A stretch of 64,000 bases of DNA from a virus (lineage: Duplodnaviria > Caudoviricetes): the IMG/VR virus record IMGVR_UViG_3300011989_000010, positions 1-64,000 of that record; one strand, given 5' to 3'. A program made the position numbers and the translations under genes. Below are positions 58,305 to 64,000 of the stretch, one piece after another (position 1 is the first letter of the stretch; each line of letters opens with the position of its first letter). The notes beneath the pieces were generated by a model. The model was not told the DNA's origin. It saw nothing but the letters and a program-made list of their open reading frames with translations, and searched no databases.

Positions 58305-58937
58305 TTATTTTTTGTCCGTTGAACCGAAAGCACCAGTTCCACGAGATGTTTCACTTAATTCAGTTACTATTTGAATATTAACATCAGGATAAGGAAGCAC
58401 TAACATCTGGCCAATCTTCTTACCAACCTCATAAGGCGCAAATTCAAGGTTTCGTGTCATTTCGATAACTCGCTCCTTTGTTTCCTCGTAATTCTTCATA
58501 GCTTTATTCATAACCTTTTTGATTCTGAATAAATTGAATGGATTTTTAAGACTTTTGAGCATTGAGTTAATATAAGCCTTCATTCCAATTGTTTCTGCAC
58601 GTTGGTAAGTTGATGTACGTGACTTGAAACACCATATAAGTTCACCACGATAAATTGTTGTATCAATAAGACCAACTGAATTAGCTAAATAGCAATCAGT
58701 CTTTCTGTTTGAAGACCTTGGGAACAAGAAAGTGCCGAATCCCTTGGCAGTTTCCATTGCTAAACCAGTGTGATAAATGTAGCAATCCTTCTTCTCATCC
58801 CACTCTGCTGAAATTGCAGTCATATCCATTCCAATGTCACCCTGGTTATTACCATTATCGTCTACGTGAGCATAAGTTGGTATAACTGCCCTATCGTCTA
58901 ATTTCTTAAGTTTTAATGTTACTTCTTTTCTACTCAT
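58305..58937 (-). CDS. dut: Trimeric dUTPase with an insertion
   Basis: GDIGMD, PRSS, NSVGLID..YRGE, IGQML, RGTGAFGST. Confidence 0.9.
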   Translation of the reverse strand: MSRKEVTLKLKKLDDRAVIPTYAHVDDNGNNQGDIGMDMTAISAEWDEKKDCYIYHTGLAMETAKGFGTFLFPRSSNRKTDCYLANSVGLIDTTIYRGELIWCFKSRTSTYQRAETIGMKAYINSMLKSLKNPFNLFRIKKVMNKAMKNYEETKERVIEMTRNLEFAPYEVGKKIGQMLVLPYPDVNIQIVTELSETSRGTGAFGSTDKK

Positions 58938-58944
58938 ATGTCAA

Positions 58945-59514
58945 TTATGCTTTCTTTGTATTAATATCCTGCAAATATGTCATCTCGCTTGCTTGTCTTA
59001 CGATTGAAGCCAAAAGACTTGAATGCCAACGTGCTTGGTTATCACTCAAATCTCTATCATTAACAGTCATTGCCTCAGCCTCTTCAGGGGTGAAATTAAT
59101 TCCAAAACTCTGAGCAAGAACCAATGAATGTAAACCAGTTCTAATTGAAGGTTGATTTGGTGTATATTTGTAAATAATTCCCCTATTTTTAACCTCATAC
59201 TCATTGTCATTTGGAATGATTCGTACTGCCTTTGCAATCTGATGGAGAAGACAAATCTTCACAAGTGTATTTTGATTAACTCTAATATCCTCAGGGAATA
59301 GATTATTCAATTTGACTGCATAAGGTGTCAAAACCTTGAGTATTGTTTCAATTAAAGTACCGTCTCCACAAAGACCACTTTCACTGTTGAGTGAAAAAGT
59401 ACCATTCTTGAGTTTTTCACCAATCCCTTCAACCAAAGCATTTGTTTCAATTCCTAACTGATTCAATTTCTTGATAAACAAATCAAAATTGTGTTGTTTT
59501 AGTTCTGTTGTCAT
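58945..59514 (-). CDS. HD-domain-like protein
   Basis: CLLHQIAK (HD replaced by HQ), GLHSL; TATATTTG at 59558-59565. Confidence 0.55.
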   Translation of the reverse strand: MTTELKQHNFDLFIKKLNQLGIETNALVEGIGEKLKNGTFSLNSESGLCGDGTLIETILKVLTPYAVKLNNLFPEDIRVNQNTLVKICLLHQIAKAVRIIPNDNEYEVKNRGIIYKYTPNQPSIRTGLHSLVLAQSFGINFTPEEAEAMTVNDRDLSDNQARWHSSLLASIVRQASEMTYLQDINTKKA

Positions 59515-59729
59515 AACTAATTAATTAAAAAAGAAAATATTGTTTTTTGATACGTTACAAATATACACAAAATAGTTAAGAAAAACAAAAAAATCTTAAA
59601 TAATATTTTTTTCTTTTAATATTTTCTTTTTTTATATAATATATAATATAATAACTAGAATAATATAATATTAATTAAATTATATATGTTATAAAATATA
59701 TTTATTATTATATATAATATTATATTAAC

Positions 59730-59969
59730 ATGAAGAAAAAATTATATAAAATAATATCCGAGGAAATTGAAAAACTTGCCAAGCAAGGAAATCACGAACC
59801 ATTTGAAAATCCAAATGTGACTGCATCACGTCAATATAGAAATAATGCTACGCCTAAGGAATTCTTCAACGATGTTGTTGATTCCAATGAAAGCGAAGAG
59901 AGAATAAGTGAGGAATATTTACATGGAATTATTGAAAATATTGTAAAAAAAATTCTTAAAAATTATTAA
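59730..59969 (+). CDS. Small protein with I-x-E leader
   Basis: MKKKLYKIISEE..ISEEYLHGIIENIVK; TATTTAT at 59699-59705. Confidence 0.55.
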   Translation: MKKKLYKIISEEIEKLAKQGNHEPFENPNVTASRQYRNNATPKEFFNDVVDSNESEERISEEYLHGIIENIVKKILKNY

Positions 59970-59973
59970 TAGT

Positions 59974-60005
59974 AAAAAGGGATATGTTTTTTGACATATC
60001 CCTTA
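59974..60005. terminator. Bidirectional terminator
   Basis: aagggatatgt...acatatccctt. Confidence 0.7.
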
Positions 60006-60049
60006 ATTTTAGCTAAAAAAGTAAATAAAATATTTAAATTACGCTCAGA

Positions 60050-61279
60050 TTACTTCTTTGAATTTTCAACAATCTTTTTATATGCTTCAACTCTCTGCTT
60101 ACAAATAGTTTCAAGTGAATACTTATCCTTAACTGACTCATAAAGGTTGTCTTGAAGCATTTTAACATACTCTGGATGTTCAGCTAAGAAATTAATATCC
60201 TTAACCCAATCCTTGTGATTTTTACGTGAGTCAACAAGCAATGCAGTACCCTTTTCATTGATTTTTCCACCACGCTCTTTAAGCGGAACTAAATCAAGTG
60301 TATAAGCACCAAAGTTTTGCGCAATAATGGCAGTGTGTGTAAAACCTGCTTCAATCTCTTTAAGTTGAGACTTCATCTTGTTGAACTCGTTTTCCTTCAA
60401 CGGTGCAAGCAAAACATCAACATTTTCATAGTGTGTAGCATAGTTATTGATGTTACGTGTCCACATTCTACGATAAGGCTCGTCAACGAATGGGTCGTCA
60501 ACACCTGATATAAATTTCATCAAGAAATCCTTATGCTCCTTTGAGATGTATTTATAGTTATTTGTAATAATTTTTTCATATTCGAACCAAACTGATTCTT
60601 GTGGCAAAATAGGTCTTCTTTCAACCTGACCTGTATCATTGTGATAGATTGTTCGAGTGCCATTAGTGTCAAAGCCACATAGCACTAACTGAACATTAGT
60701 ATCAGGTCTTGCAGTTTCGGAAATACCATTAAGCAACTCAATATCGTGCAGGTGTGAAGAACCGCAAATCAATCCAACACGTAGCTTGTTTGATTTAGTC
60801 TTAGGGACAGTATACTGCTTCTCAGAAGGGTCAATAGCATTAGGGAAAATCAAAACATTCTTGTTATGCTTTTTAATCTCCTTAGCGAAAATAGGCGTAG
60901 TGGTAGATACATAATCGGCCATTTTCAAATGATTGATAATAGGCTCGTGCCACTTTTCCTTCTTTGCTGAAATGCTCATTGGATGGTCATTACCAAGATA
61001 ATAATGATCATCAACGTCTACAATAACAGGAATGCCTAAGAATTTAATAAGATTCATCAATTGCAATCCTTTATCCAATTGCTTATGAATGTGAATCAAA
61101 TCATATTGCTTGAAGAATGACTCCAAATTATCCATAGGAAGGTCATTCATATACATAATATCAACATCAAACTCATCCTTATAATGCTCTGCAATATAAA
61201 CATGAGGATCAACTGAGCGGAACTTACCCACACCTGTACGGTCAGATGGGATAACTAACATTTTAATCTTTTTATCCAT
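60050..61279 (-). CDS. GT-B fold glycosyltransferase
   Basis: GVGKFRSVDPH, VDVDDHY, VFPNAID-like, VGLICGSSHLHDIELL, DVLLAPL..NEFNKMKSQLKEIEAG. Confidence 0.8.
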   Translation of the reverse strand: MDKKIKMLVIPSDRTGVGKFRSVDPHVYIAEHYKDEFDVDIMYMNDLPMDNLESFFKQYDLIHIHKQLDKGLQLMNLIKFLGIPVIVDVDDHYYLGNDHPMSISAKKEKWHEPIINHLKMADYVSTTTPIFAKEIKKHNKNVLIFPNAIDPSEKQYTVPKTKSNKLRVGLICGSSHLHDIELLNGISETARPDTNVQLVLCGFDTNGTRTIYHNDTGQVERRPILPQESVWFEYEKIITNNYKYISKEHKDFLMKFISGVDDPFVDEPYRRMWTRNINNYATHYENVDVLLAPLKENEFNKMKSQLKEIEAGFTHTAIIAQNFGAYTLDLVPLKERGGKINEKGTALLVDSRKNHKDWVKDINFLAEHPEYVKMLQDNLYESVKDKYSLETICKQRVEAYKKIVENSKK

Positions 61280-61356
61280 TTATTTTAACCTTTGTTTAAA
61301 AAATAAAAGTAAAAATGCTTTAATCAAGATATTTATTTATAAAATAAACGTTTATT

Positions 61357-61938
61357 ATGAAAAATTTAAACAAGATTATAACCGAATCAATTCACGAGAC
61401 AGTTAATCAAATCATTCAAGAAGATATTGATAGGCAAAACCGCCTTTGTGAGCAAGTAATGATTAACGAGGGTATTTGGAGTGGACTTAAGACAATGTGG
61501 AATGGTGCTAAAGCATTGGGTGGACAGCTAAGAAATGCAGGTGCTTATGCTAAACAGGTCACCAATTTTCAGTCACAGTTGCAGAAGGTTAACAATGCAA
61601 ATCAAGTAATCCAAGATATGGCTAATCAAGGTGTAATCAATGCTAGTACTTTAAAGTATTGGAATGAACAATTAGCCAAGTATACACAATACTTGCAGAA
61701 TAATATTAATGCTGCTTATAATGGTGGCGCTGATTATAGAAATACACAAGCTGCATCTTATCAACAAGTTCAGCAAGCAAATGCAATCCCTAATCAGATT
61801 AAGCAGTTGCAGACGTGGCTTGCTTCAGCACAAAAGAAGGGTGATGCTAATAAGGTAGCAAAATATATGCAACAAATTCAAAACTTACAGAATCAGCAAA
61901 AACAATTGTTAGGTAGACAACAAATTCAAAATAGTTAA
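61357..61938 (+). CDS. Gln-rich helical protein with I-x-E leader
   Basis: MKNLNKIITESIHE..INE|GIWSGLK; TATTTAT at 61330-61336. Confidence 0.6.
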   Translation: MKNLNKIITESIHETVNQIIQEDIDRQNRLCEQVMINEGIWSGLKTMWNGAKALGGQLRNAGAYAKQVTNFQSQLQKVNNANQVIQDMANQGVINASTLKYWNEQLAKYTQYLQNNINAAYNGGADYRNTQAASYQQVQQANAIPNQIKQLQTWLASAQKKGDANKVAKYMQQIQNLQNQQKQLLGRQQIQNS

Positions 61939-61943
61939 AACAA

Positions 61944-61982
61944 TAAAGCGAGATTCAACTAAGAATCTCGCTTATTTTTTTT
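61944..61982. terminator. Bidirectional terminator
   Basis: aaagcgagattc...gaatctcgctt. Confidence 0.7.
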
Positions 61983-62035
61983 TGCCTTTCCGAAAATAAG
62001 AAAGGACTTACTTTTATAGTATGCAATGCAATGCC

Positions 62036-62815
62036 TTACTTTTTGTCTTTGATGTTGCCTTTATAGACTAACTTAGCCTCATAAATATCACCATTTTCAG
62101 AAATGAAACTGAATTTGTTTCCAATTTTCATTGCCTTCAACTCGCTTATATTTCCCTTAGCCGTTGATTTATTTTCGCTAATTATTCTCTTATTAAGAGC
62201 GTTTGCATATTTCTTCACCGCACTCTCAATAATCGTCTTTATAAGACCATAATCAACTCCATTTGTTGTTTGTTCATTAATAACGTTCTGAGTAGGCAAA
62301 TTGTTAGAATTTTTCATAATCTGCTTAACCTCTTGAACTTCGTCATTTGATGCATCAATAGTGTCGTTACTAATTGGATTTTGCTTAAATGCCTCAACAA
62401 TTTCTTTAGGTAAGAATTTAGCTGCACGAGGTGCTTCCTCTTGTATCAATCTATTTTGATTAACTAAGCCTAAACCACCTGACATTTGTTGCTGATTTAC
62501 CCCTTGTTGTAATTTAGCCATTCTCTGCTCAAGCATTTGGTCGTATTGAACACCTGCTTGGCCAACCTCCTCATTTACAGCACTTCTATTTGATGAAGTT
62601 GAATAACTATCCTCCATCATATCAAAAGCATCGCCTGCAAGAGATTTGGAATTCTTTAAGAAGTTACCTCTATCCCTTTGTCTCTCAGCAATTATATGTG
62701 AATCTTGTAATGCATCCTGATGTATCAACTTTCGTGCTTTGCTATTTCTTGCATTTTGTTTAATAGTTTCAAAAGCTGAACTATCTAAAGCGGTAATTGT
62801 ATCTGCTCCTGCCAT
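62036..62815 (-). CDS. Hypothetical protein
   Basis: 259-aa ORF. Confidence 0.6.
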   Translation of the reverse strand: MAGADTITALDSSAFETIKQNARNSKARKLIHQDALQDSHIIAERQRDRGNFLKNSKSLAGDAFDMMEDSYSTSSNRSAVNEEVGQAGVQYDQMLEQRMAKLQQGVNQQQMSGGLGLVNQNRLIQEEAPRAAKFLPKEIVEAFKQNPISNDTIDASNDEVQEVKQIMKNSNNLPTQNVINEQTTNGVDYGLIKTIIESAVKKYANALNKRIISENKSTAKGNISELKAMKIGNKFSFISENGDIYEAKLVYKGNIKDKK

Positions 62816-63593
62816 TTTTTAAATTATTGTAATCATTATCTTCATCGTCATAATCCTCATCATCAAAATCTTTGATTGGACCACGATAATTGTCTAAATC
62901 ATCATCCTTGTGAAGTTGACGTTGTTGGGCTTGTTTTTCTTGTTCTGCTCTATCGTAATCGCCCCAATACTTTTGCATTTCATCAGCATCTCTTTCGGTA
63001 TCTGCAAGATTTTGCCTATATTGGGCATATTTCTTACTATTAGGTCGAGAAGTGTAAATATTATTCTTCTTTTGTCTAATAGGTCCACTTGGCATTGTTT
63101 TAAGTTTGGACAAATCAAGCGCATTGCTATGATTAACCAATTGGTCAGTTTGTTTTCTCAGTTTATCCAAAGAAGGCTGATAGAGATTTTCGTCCCCTTT
63201 ATTAAAATGTACTTGAGTAATGACTGAAACTAAAGTGTTATCGCCATTTTCGTTATAAGCAGGTGCATCAAAACCTTGGTCTTTAGGCTCAAGTTCAAAA
63301 ATAGAGTTCTTTAAAGGTTTCCATTTATTGATTCTATCAAGCCTAAATAACTTCCATTTAGGTATACCCCTTAATGTAGCACCTTGGTACTGATATGCTC
63401 GTAATGCCAAGTTTCCTGCCTTTGTTATACCTAAAGCATAAGGCTCGATAAGTCTTTGACCTGGTGCATTATTATTTTCATCACTATAATCTATAAGGAC
63501 ACGAGTTCTGTTCTCAATAGCATTTGATACACTGTTTTGATCTATTGATTCATTTAATACGCTTTTTAAAATTGTGTATAAGTTTAGACTCAT
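62781..63593 (-). CDS. WYL-domain protein
   Basis: VLIDY..G.RLIEPYALG..LRAYQ..WKLFRLDRI. Confidence 0.75.
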   Translation of the reverse strand: MSLNLYTILKSVLNESIDQNSVSNAIENRTRVLIDYSDENNNAPGQRLIEPYALGITKAGNLALRAYQYQGATLRGIPKWKLFRLDRINKWKPLKNSIFELEPKDQGFDAPAYNENGDNTLVSVITQVHFNKGDENLYQPSLDKLRKQTDQLVNHSNALDLSKLKTMPSGPIRQKKNNIYTSRPNSKKYAQYRQNLADTERDADEMQKYWGDYDRAEQEKQAQQRQLHKDDDLDNYRGPIKDFDDEDYDDEDNDYNNLKNGRSRYNYRFR

Positions 63594-63604
63594 ATCCTGA
63601 TTAG

Positions 63605-64000
63605 TTAAAGATTCTTTGTTGTTTGACCAATGAAGTATTGACCTTGTGATACGTTCTCAGCAGTCTTAATAAGGTCAGCACCATATTGATTTTCGTTATT
63701 GTAAAGTTCAGAAGCCATAGCCTTTTTACGACCACCAATATCATTTCTACCTTCAATATCATAGATACCACCACCATTGAAAGTGTCGAAGTTAGAATAA
63801 TCAATCATATTGGTTGGCTTAGAGCAATCAGGTAACCATGCAGTGTGACCTCCGTGACCTGTACCCTTACCAAGAGCATCGCCATCGCTTAAAGCATCCT
63901 TGTGTGTTGGACCATATTGGTCTTCGATATTATAGTCTGAACGTACAATTTCGTTTTGTCTTTCAGTTATACCTCTCAATTCAAGACAAGTTTGTCCATT
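63605..64000 (-). CDS. Hypothetical protein (5' end beyond the window)
   Basis: Frame is open to the window edge (..NGQTCLELRGITERQ..). Confidence 0.55.
   Translation of the reverse strand, partial: NGQTCLELRGITERQNEIVRSDYNIEDQYGPTHKDALSDGDALGKGTGHGGHTAWLPDCSKPTNMIDYSNFDTFNGGGIYDIEGRNDIGGRKKAMASELYNNENQYGADLIKTAENVSQGQYFIGQTTKNL

Noticed and set aside
59560-59730. Extremely AT-rich tract as a replication origin
   Set aside because: No iterons seen; adequately explained as a divergent promoter region, and similar tracts occur at other divergent junctions
62781-62815. Frameshift fusion of the WYL gene with 62036-62815
   Set aside because: The 35-nt overlap has a usable ATG and no canonical slippery heptamer in register
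1-64000. Genome-wide TAG-to-Gln recoding (Lak-type code 15)
   Set aside because: Terminase, portal, MCP, fibre and the 998-aa gene are uninterrupted in code 11, several genes end plausibly at TAG, and only one internal TAG was found, in a decayed gene

Overview
This window is an AT-rich segment of a large T4-like (myovirus-type) jumbo/mega phage. The host is most likely Bacteroidota (Prevotella/Bacteroides-like), inferred from TAnnTTTG host-type promoters and Bacteroidota-type protein families. Long genes read intact in genetic code 11. The window holds the head module (terminase, intein-containing portal, inverted prohead protease, scaffold, major capsid), a gp55-like late sigma factor with a recurring TATTTAT motif upstream of late genes, a repeat-built fibre, baseplate-like genes, nucleotide metabolism genes (thyA, dut, guaC, phoH), five glycosyltransferases, a DNA methyltransferase, several selfish nucleases and an IS605/IS1341-type tnpB element. 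The most notable observations are: (1) a ClpC-like gene fractured at the NBD2 Walker A motif by an atypically split intein (39-aa IntN, 125-aa IntC) with a free-standing nuclease gene between the halves; (2) three dispersed paralogous C-type-lectin-like genes, two with DGR-style variable repeats (no RT or TR in the window) and one broken by a poly-C9 tract; (3) a probable -1 programmed frameshift (G GGA AAA) extending an acidic 578-aa protein; (4) a shared N-terminal 'MKKIIL[STN]E'-like leader on about a dozen unrelated late proteins, suggesting a capsid-targeting/cargo system; (5) a ~49-bp IS605-end-like hairpin inserted in a nuclease gene, with related solo hairpins elsewhere. All calls come from manual motif reading; no database searches were run.
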